Shown one piece after another: positions 20,649 through 31,081 of a stretch of DNA of 64,000 bases. The stretch spans positions 434,361-498,360 of the forward strand of contig CAZAZU010000001.1 of NCBI GenBank assembly GCA_964490105.1. Direction: 5' to 3'. The position numbers were made by a program, and so were the translations under genes. This DNA comes from an uncultured Gammaproteobacteria bacterium (GTDB lineage Bacteria; Patescibacteriota; Microgenomatia; Levybacterales; UBA12049). Within the stretch, counting starts at the first letter, position 1; every line of letters starts with the position of its first letter. Below the pieces are notes generated by a model. That model saw only the letters and a list, made by a program, of their open reading frames with translations. It was not told where the DNA came from and made no database searches.

Positions 20649-22257
20649 ACTTTTTTAGAACTGTTACGTTCTCGGGAGTTTTATCCCACCGCTCTACATG
20701 AATACTATTTTTAGAATGTGAAACATTATTAAAGTTATATTTGCCGATTTTATTTACATGAACAAATCCAAAAACATCTCTTTTAATATCTGAATTTTTT
20801 CTATAAAACTTAGGGTCTATTTTATTATGGAATAAATAATAAATATGCGGTCTTCCCAATTCATCAGTGAAATAAATATTTTCATATTGGTCCTCTACTT
20901 CACTTAGATATTTAAAAGCCTCCTTATATCCGTAGTTCCAGTCTGCTGCAGATTCCCTGCCATAATGAGAATAGTAAGAATGTAAAAAATAAAATACATT
21001 TACAAAAAGTAAGAATAAAATTGAAACATACATTCCTGAAATCATTTGAGGCTTTAGTCTATTTTTAAGCTGATCTATAAAAAATACAAATCCTACTGCA
21101 GTTAAAATTTGAAAGGTTGGGAGAACCGTTTCGATTCTAAGCGCATGTGGAGTTTCTCTGGCTGTCGCCGCAGGAATAATTCCTAGAAGCAGCCAGATAG
21201 GAATTAACCAGTAATACCCTTCTTTTCGTTTGAACAATATGAAGGCGCCAATAATTAAGAACGGTAAATCCCAAATAAACAGCTGACCGATATCTTGAGT
21301 GGAAAACTTAGGATTTCCATCCCCTTTTATAAATAAGAAACTAGGATTTAGATTATCTAAATAATGCTTAACAAATTCTGTTCCGTAATAAACCCGTCTG
21401 TTATTAATAACTTTTGACCAAATGGCTCCGTCATCATTTTCTATTTTTTGATTTGCTGTTTTTACAATTTCAGGATTACTAAATATATTAACTTCTTGAT
21501 ATCTTAATTTTGCCTGAGGAGAAAAAAGAAAAGGAATTAAAGGAAGAAGTATAAGCAGACCAACAACAAGGGAAACAATAACCTCCCTTTTGGCTTTAAA
21601 TAGTTCCCTTCTAAAACCACCTACGAGAACCAAACCAATCAATGGAACAAAAATTCTCGCTGTGTTAAATACATAGAAAGAAACTGCAAATGAAATTGCT
21701 GATAAAACTAAAAGCCACATGTTTTTATTTATGGCGCGCAGGAATAATAAAATCCCTAAAACTATACAAAACGTAGAAACATTGGCTTCAAAAGCAGCGC
21801 GGGAAAGCATAATATGCCAAGGAGATACTCCTAAAAACAACGTGGAAAATAATGCCAGCTTTTCTTTATTCTCATTTTTATGAAAAATTTCTTTTACTAA
21901 AAAATAGGTCAGAAGAACAGTAAGAAATCCAAACAAAGCCGATGGCGAGCGGGTGGCAAATTCATTAAGTCCTAATAATTTTACAGGAACACTTGCTAGA
22001 TATGCATAAACTGGAGGCTTAAAATCACCAAACGATTCTATATATTTATAAGGAAAACTTACTCCAAATTCGTCTTTCCCGTCTATCCCTATCGTATACG
22101 CATTATATCCCCAAGCAGCTTCATCCCAATTTATAGACATTGGGATACCCCCAAGCTGCCAAAATCTTAACATAAATGCAATTAAAAGGATAATTATCAG
22201 GAAGAAACTATTCTTTCTTTTATTCTGAAGAAATTTATTAATAAATTCTTTTGACAT
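20599..22257 (-). CDS. ArnT/PMT-family GT-C glycosyltransferase
   Basis: LRFWQLGGIPMSINWDEAAWGYNAYTI...FGDFKPPVYAYL...ATRSPSALFG. Confidence 0.8.
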   Translation of the reverse strand: MSKEFINKFLQNKRKNSFFLIIILLIAFMLRFWQLGGIPMSINWDEAAWGYNAYTIGIDGKDEFGVSFPYKYIESFGDFKPPVYAYLASVPVKLLGLNEFATRSPSALFGFLTVLLTYFLVKEIFHKNENKEKLALFSTLFLGVSPWHIMLSRAAFEANVSTFCIVLGILLFLRAINKNMWLLVLSAISFAVSFYVFNTARIFVPLIGLVLVGGFRRELFKAKREVIVSLVVGLLILLPLIPFLFSPQAKLRYQEVNIFSNPEIVKTANQKIENDDGAIWSKVINNRRVYYGTEFVKHYLDNLNPSFLFIKGDGNPKFSTQDIGQLFIWDLPFLIIGAFILFKRKEGYYWLIPIWLLLGIIPAATARETPHALRIETVLPTFQILTAVGFVFFIDQLKNRLKPQMISGMYVSILFLLFVNVFYFLHSYYSHYGRESAADWNYGYKEAFKYLSEVEDQYENIYFTDELGRPHIYYLFHNKIDPKFYRKNSDIKRDVFGFVHVNKIGKYNFNNVSHSKNSIHVERWDKTPENVTVLKKFDLPDGKPMLSAYVQN

Positions 22258-22263
22258 AAAGAA

Positions 22264-22965
22264 TTAGTCAACGAAGCGGTATTTAAAAAGAGTCCAAAGA
22301 GCAATTGAACCATCGTGGAATGTTCTTAATTTCTTACCCTCACTATAATCCCTGGGTACCGTTGTAATAGGAATTTCCAATATCTTGTAACCGGCTTTCA
22401 GAAGCTTAGCAGTAATCTCGGGCTCAAAATCAAATCTTCTTGCGTTTAATTTAAATTTTTTCCCTGCCTTTGCCGGGAAGAGTTTATAGCATGTCTCCAT
22501 GTCTGTTAACCAGCTGCCGTATAAAACACTTGTTAACAAACTTAATGATCTGTTGCCAATATAATGCAAAAAAAATCTTCCGGTTCTTTCTTCACTCTTC
22601 ATATGCGGAAGTCTTTTAAGCCTCGTACCATACACGACGTCAGCTTTTTTCTCAAGAATTGGCTCCATAAGCACAGGAATAAAATTAGGATCGTATTCCA
22701 GATCTGCATCCTGAATGATAATATAGTCTCCGCTTGATTCATCAATTCCTCTTTTTACAGCAGCCCCCTTCCCCATATTCGCTGGCTGTTTAAAAAGTTT
22801 TATTCCATCTTTTGGAAGATGATTTAAAGTTTTATCGGTTGAGCCATCGTCTACAACTATAATTTCAGTTTCTACATCCTTAATTTTTACAGCTTTAACT
22901 CTCTTAATTATTTCACTAATAGTTTTTTCTTCATTGAAAACTGGAATTATAATGGATAATTTCAT
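22264..22965 (-). CDS. GT2 polyprenyl-phosphate sugar synthase (DPM1/ArnC/GtrB-like), short soluble form
   Basis: LSIIIPVFNEEKTI, IIVVDDGSTDKT and IIQDADLEYDP; at 233 aa it lacks the C-terminal TM anchor. Confidence 0.82.
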   Translation of the reverse strand: MKLSIIIPVFNEEKTISEIIKRVKAVKIKDVETEIIVVDDGSTDKTLNHLPKDGIKLFKQPANMGKGAAVKRGIDESSGDYIIIQDADLEYDPNFIPVLMEPILEKKADVVYGTRLKRLPHMKSEERTGRFFLHYIGNRSLSLLTSVLYGSWLTDMETCYKLFPAKAGKKFKLNARRFDFEPEITAKLLKAGYKILEIPITTVPRDYSEGKKLRTFHDGSIALWTLFKYRFVD

Positions 22966-24890
22966 AATGTTTTGTAAAGAGAGTAATTAGATTTTTGAAA
23001 AATTAACTCGATGTTTTCGAGCTTATCAAAACAAGGGGTTTTCTTCAAGTCTAAGATATATGATGTTTCAATTTGCTCTAATCTTTTACTAATATCTGCT
23101 TCCAGGTCCCCAACATTCTGACATTTATCAAGTAGCTCGCTTATGTCTCCCACATTTTTCTTCCTAGTTTTAATTTCCTCATCTATTCCACCGAATTCCA
23201 TGAGCTCTGGTTCAAAATATAATGAGCGCTCAGAGAGCCCTGAAATTATTGGAGCCAAATATGGGGCAGAATAAACATCTCCATTTTTTTCCACATTTAA
23301 AACCAATATACTTTGATCTTTTGGAATTTTTGATAGTTCTTTGGAAACTTCAACCAAATTTAAATCAATCTTATAAGGATTATTTGAATAAATATCTATA
23401 AGCCTTAAGTTATCCGGCAAACTTAGTAAAATAATTACTAAAATAATGATTCCAAGCTTAAGATTATTAATTTTTCCTAATATTTTTGTTAATGAAAATG
23501 CAGTTGGAATTAGCAGAATAAAATATCCAATCCAAAGAAATTGAAGAACCACAAAAACAGCAGTGCTTTGAATAAAAAAACTTGGAATTAAAAAACTAAG
23601 TAATATTAAAAACCCCAAAAAAAGATTTCTCTCAGTATATAAATTTTTATCCAAAAGTTTTTTTACATAGAGCAGATTAACCAATCTCACCCCAAGACTT
23701 GGTAAATAAAATAATGGAAGTATTAGAATAAATTTATAAAAAATAATTTTAATATAATTATCATGTGCTTCAAAAACCAAAAGCCTTTGATACCAATCAA
23801 GCTGATAAATAGCAGCAATGCTTTCCAAGTAATGTCTGTATAGAAGATTTGGAGCAAAAATCAATCTCCCTGAACCAAAATTTATCGGGAGGTATGTGAG
23901 CGCAAATATAACCCCCCCAAATAAAATCACAGGAAGATAATATAAATCTTTTTTTCTAATTAGTCTTATTAAGAAAATTATTCCAATACTTAAAAATGCA
24001 AGAAATCCAGTATAAATTTTTATCATTGGGAGAACACTAAGAACTATCGCAGCCAAAATAAATGAGTATTTAGTTTTTGCTGAGAAAACTAAAATGTAGA
24101 AAGCAAATAATAACGAGACAGAAAGTATCACTGATGGGTCTACTATATTTGCAATTGTTTGAACGATTCCCGGATCCATAGAAATCTTATCTGGGAAAAC
24201 GAATCTGGAGAAACTCTGAGCAAAATATAAAAGTGTTATAAAAATCAACTGAGATTCTCTTTTCATTCCCATAAATCTCCCAAGAGCAAGACCTGAGAGT
24301 CCATAAAATGCTGATAGAGCTACCGGGAAAAATCTAAAGAATAAATCTAGAACTTCTAGTCTGTAAAACTTAGAAAAATATGCCACGACTAAATCATAAA
24401 AAAAGTTATATCCATTTAAAGGAAGCCCAAAAAGTCCAGGATGAGTCGGGGGGAAATTTGATTTAAGATTTCCAATCAAACTTAAATGATAAATTGCATC
24501 AACAGTATTTACGCCGTAAAAAACTAAATTATTATTTTCGATAGAACCTGATCTCCACATTAAATAACTTGTAAGAATAGTTCCTGCTAGGATAATTAAA
24601 GTTTCTATTTTTAATATTTTTCTGAAGTCAAAACTTGGAAATCTTCCAACACTTTTAATAAATACAGGAATGCAGAAAATTAGAAAAATATTGTAGTAAA
24701 ACTCAAGATGGATCCAGGAAAGCAGGTAACTCGCAATCATAAAAAGAGCAATTCCAACCGAAGAACTTAATACTATATTTGTTAAATTATCTCTTGCAGA
24801 AAATTTAAATAATCTTAGAAGAAGGAAGCCTGGAATATAGAATGTAAAAATTAATAAAAAGAAAAAATAAATAAAATTTAGAATTATCAT
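22962..24890 (-). CDS. Large polytopic membrane protein (putative GT-C-like), unknown family
   Basis: 642 aa with about 14 TM segments and a C-terminal soluble domain. Confidence 0.45.
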   Translation of the reverse strand: MIILNFIYFFFLLIFTFYIPGFLLLRLFKFSARDNLTNIVLSSSVGIALFMIASYLLSWIHLEFYYNIFLIFCIPVFIKSVGRFPSFDFRKILKIETLIILAGTILTSYLMWRSGSIENNNLVFYGVNTVDAIYHLSLIGNLKSNFPPTHPGLFGLPLNGYNFFYDLVVAYFSKFYRLEVLDLFFRFFPVALSAFYGLSGLALGRFMGMKRESQLIFITLLYFAQSFSRFVFPDKISMDPGIVQTIANIVDPSVILSVSLLFAFYILVFSAKTKYSFILAAIVLSVLPMIKIYTGFLAFLSIGIIFLIRLIRKKDLYYLPVILFGGVIFALTYLPINFGSGRLIFAPNLLYRHYLESIAAIYQLDWYQRLLVFEAHDNYIKIIFYKFILILPLFYLPSLGVRLVNLLYVKKLLDKNLYTERNLFLGFLILLSFLIPSFFIQSTAVFVVLQFLWIGYFILLIPTAFSLTKILGKINNLKLGIIILVIILLSLPDNLRLIDIYSNNPYKIDLNLVEVSKELSKIPKDQSILVLNVEKNGDVYSAPYLAPIISGLSERSLYFEPELMEFGGIDEEIKTRKKNVGDISELLDKCQNVGDLEADISKRLEQIETSYILDLKKTPCFDKLENIELIFQKSNYSLYKTL

Positions 24891-25816
24891 GAGGTTAATT
24901 TACCTAAAACTTCATTATCTGAAATAACAAACTGCTTTCTATGCTTAGATCTTAAATTTAATACTTTACGCAACATAAAAAGTGCATCAATAAATCCCAG
25001 TACTAATGCCTTGTCCCCTCTTATTCCATTTACTAAGTGGTAAGGAAGCCAAATAAGATGGTGATTGATTTTTCTAGGGTCGGCATTTTTCCAAACAAAA
25101 ATAAATTGATTTCTATATGCAATTCTTTTTACTTGATTTGGTGTGTATTTGCTTTTAATAGCCCCCTTTTCATGCTCATGTCGAACTACGCTTTTCCCCT
25201 CAAACAGTGTCTTAAAGCCCGCCCTTTGGGCCCTATACGAAATATCTATATCCTCCCAGTAAAATGGGTCATACACTTCATCAAGTCCCCCTAACTTATC
25301 CCAAATTTTCCTGCTGAAAGCTCCGCTTCCTCCGCTTATCCAAAGGGTGTTTGTTTTTTCAAGATCTCCAGCTCTATGCATCAAAAAACCTTTTTCCCAT
25401 TTTCCTATCCCCCTTCCTCTTAAAACAATTTTTCCTTCTTCAACGCTTTCATTCAAACATCCAACGGCAAAAACTGAATCATCAGAAAAATGTTCAATTA
25501 ATGGTTTTAAAAATGAATTATTAGCGATTACATCAGTATTTAATAAAACTATAATTTCTCCGCTGGATGCATTAACACCCTTATTTACATTAGTCGAAAA
25601 TCCCTTATTCTTATCGCTTTTTACTAATTTTAAGCTTTTATTTTCTTTTATAAATTCTTCGATTACCTGGATGGAGCCATCTTCTGAGCAATCATCAGCT
25701 ATAACAACTTCGATTTTATTATCGCTAAAATTATCGACTGCTTTTAACAATACTGGAAGATTTTTTTTGAGAATTTCCTCCCCATTATAATTTGGAACTA
25801 CAATGCTTATTTTCAT
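24887..25816 (-). CDS. GT2 glycosyltransferase
   Basis: ISIVVPNYNGEEIL, VIADDCSEDGS and LLNTDV. Confidence 0.85.
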   Translation of the reverse strand: MKISIVVPNYNGEEILKKNLPVLLKAVDNFSDNKIEVVIADDCSEDGSIQVIEEFIKENKSLKLVKSDKNKGFSTNVNKGVNASSGEIIVLLNTDVIANNSFLKPLIEHFSDDSVFAVGCLNESVEEGKIVLRGRGIGKWEKGFLMHRAGDLEKTNTLWISGGSGAFSRKIWDKLGGLDEVYDPFYWEDIDISYRAQRAGFKTLFEGKSVVRHEHEKGAIKSKYTPNQVKRIAYRNQFIFVWKNADPRKINHHLIWLPYHLVNGIRGDKALVLGFIDALFMLRKVLNLRSKHRKQFVISDNEVLGKLTS

Positions 25817-28071
25817 AATATGTTTTTATAAAAAGTGATCACTTGTTTACCACCAGGAATAAATATGCCTCGAAAATTATAATTAGTCCTAATTATCATA
25901 CCCTCTGAATCGTATCCTTCTATTTTAACATGCCAACCTGGATAATATGAATCAGATAGCACTAAAAATCCTGAGCCTTTGGTTTCTATATTAGTCTCCA
26001 CTACAATTTTATTATCAGTGTAACTTAGAGTCTTTACAGACCCATCAGAAAGATTGTCGCTTGGGCCAAATTCTTCTTCAACTATTGCAGTATTAGAAGG
26101 ATCAAAAAGAGGGTCAAACATTAACTTTATAGCCTCCTCTTTACTCGACGCGCTAATTACATTCTGTACCAAAAAAGCACGTGGCAAAACATTTTTATTT
26201 TCATAAACCTTAGTAGTCCCTTCTTCAAAAACCTTAACAAAGCCATCTTCATTTAAGTCGTCCAAACTTAAAACATATTTAACGCCAAGCAAATCAATTA
26301 GATTTCCTGAAAAATTTTCAATCCTAACGATCCTATTAAATCCATACGGCGGCTCTATATTTGGCCCATTTCTGTTAATAGCAGAAATTAGCTCGGCATA
26401 TCGATTTAAGAAAAGTGGATCATAACCTTCAACTGTCTGGATTCTATAAACTGAAGAAAAATTCGGAGGAAGAATTCTAGCGTCCGTTGTCGCAATTCTA
26501 TGATTTCCAATATTTTGAGAAATAAAATCTAAAGTTTTTGTATTCGGAAATAAATATTCTGGTTTTGAAAATGTATTAAACTTCCAAGAAAATCTGAAGA
26601 GATCTATAACAGTTAAGAGAATAATTAAACAAAGAATATATCTCTTAAATTCTTTTCTGGATTTAATAAATAAAAATAATAAAATTGCAGATGCACCAAA
26701 AACAATTGACGGAAATATTAAATTCCTCTTTGATACTAGTAAATTTTCTTGTTTTATCCCAAACTGATTTCCAATTTGAATAAAAATAAATATTCCCCCA
26801 AGAATTAGTGCAATAGATGTTAGCGGAATAATTAATTCTTTTATCTTTTCTTTTTTTATTAAATAATTAAGCCCAAGTGCTGCAAGAATTGATAATGAAA
26901 AGTTTACTAAAAAAATTAATCTAGTTGGCTGGGCTGAGGAGATAAAAGGAATTTCCAAAATGAATGGTAACCTGGAAATAAAATTAGGCAAAGTAAATAA
27001 AAGTGAGACAAAAAACAGACCACCAAAAAAATAAGTCTTCTTATCTCTTCTAAAAATTAGAGCTAAAATTACAAGAATAAGCGGAATTATTCCAAGATAT
27101 GCTGTCAGCTCTCCGTAATTCCATACCCCCCAATAATTTAAAGTTGTGGGATTTCCAAAAAAATCAGGTACCAAAAATTGAACTAAATTTTGCCAAGGCA
27201 AAAACCATCCTTCTTTTTGCCATAGTATTTGGTCCAAACTTCTTGCTGAAAGAGATATAAGTTTAAAGGTCGGAATTAGTTGAACTGAAGTAATTAAAAG
27301 AGTAATAAACCAGGTTATTAAAAAAACAATTCCAACTTTTTTATTTTTTTTACTCTGCCATATTCGAATAAGCAGATAAACAGAAGAGACTAATGACAGA
27401 TAGAAAAAGGTTTGAAGATGACCTGCAAAAAATGATGAAATACTTGAAAAAATAAGAATCCCCGACCAAGCAGATATTTTTTTAATATTTTTAGAAATTA
27501 TAATTTTATCAATTGATAATAAAATTAAAGGCAGCCATAAACCTGTATGAAGTATATTTCCCCATTCAAGCCATGTTGTAAAAAATCCTGAAAAAGAAAA
27601 TACAACTGAACCTAATAGACTGGAATAAATATCAAGCTTTAAGCTCCTTAGATATAGAAACAGAAAAATCCCAGCTAGCAATGGCTGGAGTATAATAAAA
27701 AAAGACCAGGAATAATTAAATGGCAAGATTAAAAATAATATGTTTAAAGGGTAAAAAACAGCAGACTGGAAATTTGCTAAAAGTGGGGTACCGGAAAATG
27801 AATACGGATTCCACATTGGAAGCTCTCTTTTTTTCAAACTTTCTATGGATAAATCTTTCCAAGGGTATTGCTGTCTAACGGGATCGGTAATTAGAAAGTT
27901 CTTATATGGAATCCCATTCGAGTAATCTTTAGCATACAAATCCCTATATGGATGATAAAGACCAATTATGGTGTCAGATGGGATCGGAAGAAATCCTTTT
28001 GCAAAAAATTGCCAAAAAAAGACAAATACAAAAAAGATAATTACTAAATAAGGAATTATTCCCCTAATCAT
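25813..28071 (-). CDS. YfhO-like large GT-C membrane protein
   Basis: 752 aa with more than 12 TM segments. The C-terminal domain carries the SDSYYPGWHVKIEG motif also found at the C-termini of family A proteins. Confidence 0.5.
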   Translation of the reverse strand: MIRGIIPYLVIIFFVFVFFWQFFAKGFLPIPSDTIIGLYHPYRDLYAKDYSNGIPYKNFLITDPVRQQYPWKDLSIESLKKRELPMWNPYSFSGTPLLANFQSAVFYPLNILFLILPFNYSWSFFIILQPLLAGIFLFLYLRSLKLDIYSSLLGSVVFSFSGFFTTWLEWGNILHTGLWLPLILLSIDKIIISKNIKKISAWSGILIFSSISSFFAGHLQTFFYLSLVSSVYLLIRIWQSKKNKKVGIVFLITWFITLLITSVQLIPTFKLISLSARSLDQILWQKEGWFLPWQNLVQFLVPDFFGNPTTLNYWGVWNYGELTAYLGIIPLILVILALIFRRDKKTYFFGGLFFVSLLFTLPNFISRLPFILEIPFISSAQPTRLIFLVNFSLSILAALGLNYLIKKEKIKELIIPLTSIALILGGIFIFIQIGNQFGIKQENLLVSKRNLIFPSIVFGASAILLFLFIKSRKEFKRYILCLIILLTVIDLFRFSWKFNTFSKPEYLFPNTKTLDFISQNIGNHRIATTDARILPPNFSSVYRIQTVEGYDPLFLNRYAELISAINRNGPNIEPPYGFNRIVRIENFSGNLIDLLGVKYVLSLDDLNEDGFVKVFEEGTTKVYENKNVLPRAFLVQNVISASSKEEAIKLMFDPLFDPSNTAIVEEEFGPSDNLSDGSVKTLSYTDNKIVVETNIETKGSGFLVLSDSYYPGWHVKIEGYDSEGMIIRTNYNFRGIFIPGGKQVITFYKNIL

Positions 28072-29140
28072 TTATAAATCCGCTTACGGTCTCTGAAAAT
28101 TTTTCTTCACTAAAATCTTTAGCTTTTTCTTTTGCATTTTTAGATAAATCATTTAAAAGTTTTTCATTATTTATTAATTCTAAGGTTTTGATTTGAAGCT
28201 CCTCCAGCGTGTCCCAAAGAAAACCATTCACGGAATTTTTTACAATCTCTCTTTGTCCTCCTGCATTTATAACCACTGGCACTGCTCCTGCACCCATTGC
28301 CTCAACTGTTGAGATTCCAAAATGCTCAGCGAACTCGGGGTGAATTTTTAAATCCTCACCATACCCGCTCGCATGCCAGTAAATCTTGGCCTGGCCATAA
28401 ATATCCCAGAGTGCATCATTTGATTTGTTAACAAGAAATTCAACTGGATAATTTTTAGCGAAGTTTTTCATGCCCTCAAACTCTTTTATATCTTTTTCAT
28501 TTACACTAACCGCTAAAACAAACTTCCAGCCTTTCAGACCCTTATCTACCATTTTCTTAAATTCACTCACCATAACATGCTGCTTTTTATAATCGTCATT
28601 AATTACATTTCTTGTTCTGAATCGGCCTACATGAAGAATAATATTTTCTTTTTTTGTGTTCGTCGATTTAATTCTTACTGGAGGGAAAAGAATTTTAGTT
28701 TTCAGATGAAACTTATCATCGATAAATGATTTTGTATAATTTGAGTTACAGAAAAAGACACTTACCCTCTTAACCTTAAGTTTACCGACTAGCGAATTTG
28801 ACTGCATCCTATCTAATGGCTGCTGAATATGAACTAGCAACCTTGGATAAACTAACGGAATTGATCCATCGCTTAAAATAATTATTCTGTCATATTTTTT
28901 TGAAACCAAAAACCTCTGTAAAGTGGAAAATTTAGGTGAAAAAATATTAGGAACGATTTTAACCTTTGATAAGTTTAGGGAAAATCTTTTTAGCAACCCA
29001 TCGAGATCAGATTTATTGTCCCAGAATACATCAACATCATTCTTTTGAGACAAAACCTGGGCAATAGTCATCATATACTTCTCGCCTCCTCCTAAATCGT
29101 CCAAATAAGGATCGAAAATACCAATCTTCATATAATTCAT
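28064..29140 (-). CDS. GT4 (GT-B fold) glycosyltransferase
   Basis: EHFGISTVEAMGAGAVPVV is the canonical GT4 E-x7-E motif region; 358 aa. Confidence 0.85.
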   Translation of the reverse strand: MNYMKIGIFDPYLDDLGGGEKYMMTIAQVLSQKNDVDVFWDNKSDLDGLLKRFSLNLSKVKIVPNIFSPKFSTLQRFLVSKKYDRIIILSDGSIPLVYPRLLVHIQQPLDRMQSNSLVGKLKVKRVSVFFCNSNYTKSFIDDKFHLKTKILFPPVRIKSTNTKKENIILHVGRFRTRNVINDDYKKQHVMVSEFKKMVDKGLKGWKFVLAVSVNEKDIKEFEGMKNFAKNYPVEFLVNKSNDALWDIYGQAKIYWHASGYGEDLKIHPEFAEHFGISTVEAMGAGAVPVVINAGGQREIVKNSVNGFLWDTLEELQIKTLELINNEKLLNDLSKNAKEKAKDFSEEKFSETVSGFIND

Positions 29141-29187
29141 TCTAACAATTTTTGATTTTTTATCAAAGTTTATGCTAGGATTAAGTT

Positions 29188-29427
29188 ATGAATTTTATGA
29201 GCCCAATACCAGGAGTTAATCCGTTTTTAGTGGCTGCACTTTTAATTTGGTCGTTGTTTTGGAAAAGTTTGGCACTATGGAGAGCGGCTAAGGGAAATCA
29301 AAGATATTGGTTTGTGGGCCTTTTATTAATAAATTCTTTTGGAGTTCTTGAACTCATCTACTTGCTTAGATTCGCAAAAAACAAACTTACTGTCCAGGAA
29401 ATAAAAGAAAAAAAATTTCTCCCTTAA
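29188..29427 (+). CDS. Small two-TM membrane protein; possible DUF5652-like family from CPR genomes
   Basis: 79 aa with two hydrophobic helices separated by WRAAKGNQRYWF. It is the only plus-strand gene in a 22-kb run of minus-strand genes. Confidence 0.45.
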   Translation: MNFMSPIPGVNPFLVAALLIWSLFWKSLALWRAAKGNQRYWFVGLLLINSFGVLELIYLLRFAKNKLTVQEIKEKKFLP

Positions 29428-30170
29428 TTTTTCTTATTCTGAATCTCCCAGAGCTTTGCATAAGTAATAAACGTACTAAAAGACTGATAAATACTCTCAA
29501 TTAGCCCAACTACACCCATCCTATACCCCTTATGCGAGATAAATGAAGTCAGAAAGCTTGTGATCATGACTCTGGGAAATCTCCACCAGCTCATCTTTGG
29601 ATGATTTGATTCAACTCGTATTTTGCTTTCCACATCTGACCATTCAATCGTTTTCTTTAACATCTGAGACAAATTCCGATGCGTAAAGTGAAGAATGGCT
29701 CCGTCAAGACTACCTATATCTCCATCCACAACTGGACTTTCGTGAATTTCACCACGCCATCCCATTAATTTCTCTTTTTTAAACAATCTTTCAAGCCTTT
29801 CTATTTTTGGCCATGCGTTCTCTCCTAAATAAAAATTTTTCCTGTTAATTCTGTATGCTGAGTACGAAGAATTAGATTTTATTTCGTACAAAATGCTTTT
29901 TCTTAATGCTTCATCGACTCTCTCATCAGCATCAATATATAAAATATAATCATGGATAGCGCTTTCCTTACCGATATTTCGAAGCTCTGAAAAGCTGCTT
30001 GCTTTTGACTTAAATACTTTAGCCTTATACTTTTGGGCAATTTCTAGAGTCTTGTCAGTTGAATAATTATCAATTATTAAAATTTCATCACAAAAACTTA
30101 GACTTTTTAATGCGTCATCAAGCATTTCCTCCTCATTTTTAGTTATTATAATTCCTGAAATTTTTGCCAT
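29424..30170 (-). CDS. GT2 glycosyltransferase
   Basis: ISGIIITKNEEEML, ILIIDNYSTDKT and YIDADERV. Confidence 0.8.
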   Translation of the reverse strand: MAKISGIIITKNEEEMLDDALKSLSFCDEILIIDNYSTDKTLEIAQKYKAKVFKSKASSFSELRNIGKESAIHDYILYIDADERVDEALRKSILYEIKSNSSYSAYRINRKNFYLGENAWPKIERLERLFKKEKLMGWRGEIHESPVVDGDIGSLDGAILHFTHRNLSQMLKKTIEWSDVESKIRVESNHPKMSWWRFPRVMITSFLTSFISHKGYRMGVVGLIESIYQSFSTFITYAKLWEIQNKKN

Positions 30171-31081
30171 TACTTAAAACTTCCTTTTCCAAAATTTCCT
30201 ATATAAAAATCTATTATTCCTTTTCTCTGCCAAGATCTTCCGATTAAAATTAACTTTATACTTTCCCTGAATAATGCAAACTTAGCACGCATTGATGCGT
30301 ATTCGAATCCAAAAATCATTCTATTTCTGGAAATATAATAATCCTGAAGTCCAGATCCCGATCCTCCGCTAGATTGAGCATTTTTATGCCATATTATCGA
30401 TTTTGGGGTAAATAATATCTTATAACCCTTTTTAATCGTTCTCATACTTAAGTCAGCATCTTCATAATATAGAAAATATTTATCATCATAACCTTTAATT
30501 TTTTCTAACAATTCTCTTTTAAGCATTAGACAGCATCCGCTCGCAATCTGAGTTTCTACTATTTGACTAAATTGACCATCATCCACTTCATCTACTCCTC
30601 TGTGAAATCCGATAACATTTGCCCAGTCCATATTCCCACCTGCATACCATATAACTCTGCCAAGCTCTGTTTCCTTATACTTTTTGTGATACTCAAAACC
30701 CTTAGCAAAATAAATTTTTGGAACTACTATTCCTGATTCTTTTTCGCTTTCTGCAACTTTTAAAAGTTCTTCTACGAAATTAGGATCCACATAAGTATCG
30801 TTATTTATCAAAAGCACATAATCTGCTCCGTTTTCCAAAGAATGTCTTATTCCCACATTATTTCCGCCAGAGAATCCAAGATTTTTGTTATTGTAAATAA
30901 CTTTAAGATTTAAATCTTTATAGTTTTTTTCATCAATTTTTATCTGATCCTCTGGATAATTATCTACAACAATAGTATTTAGAGAAAAATTATCTTTTCT
31001 AATTTTTTGAAGCGAACTTAAAAGCTCGAATGTGTCGTTGTGACCTCTGTAATTTAAGATCACAATAAAAACTTTTTTCAT
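30170..31081 (-). CDS. GT2 glycosyltransferase (WbbL/rhamnosyltransferase-like subfamily)
   Basis: VFIVILNYRG, NLGFSGGNNVG and LLINNDTYVD. Confidence 0.82.
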   Translation of the reverse strand: MKKVFIVILNYRGHNDTFELLSSLQKIRKDNFSLNTIVVDNYPEDQIKIDEKNYKDLNLKVIYNNKNLGFSGGNNVGIRHSLENGADYVLLINNDTYVDPNFVEELLKVAESEKESGIVVPKIYFAKGFEYHKKYKETELGRVIWYAGGNMDWANVIGFHRGVDEVDDGQFSQIVETQIASGCCLMLKRELLEKIKGYDDKYFLYYEDADLSMRTIKKGYKILFTPKSIIWHKNAQSSGGSGSGLQDYYISRNRMIFGFEYASMRAKFALFRESIKLILIGRSWQRKGIIDFYIGNFGKGSFK

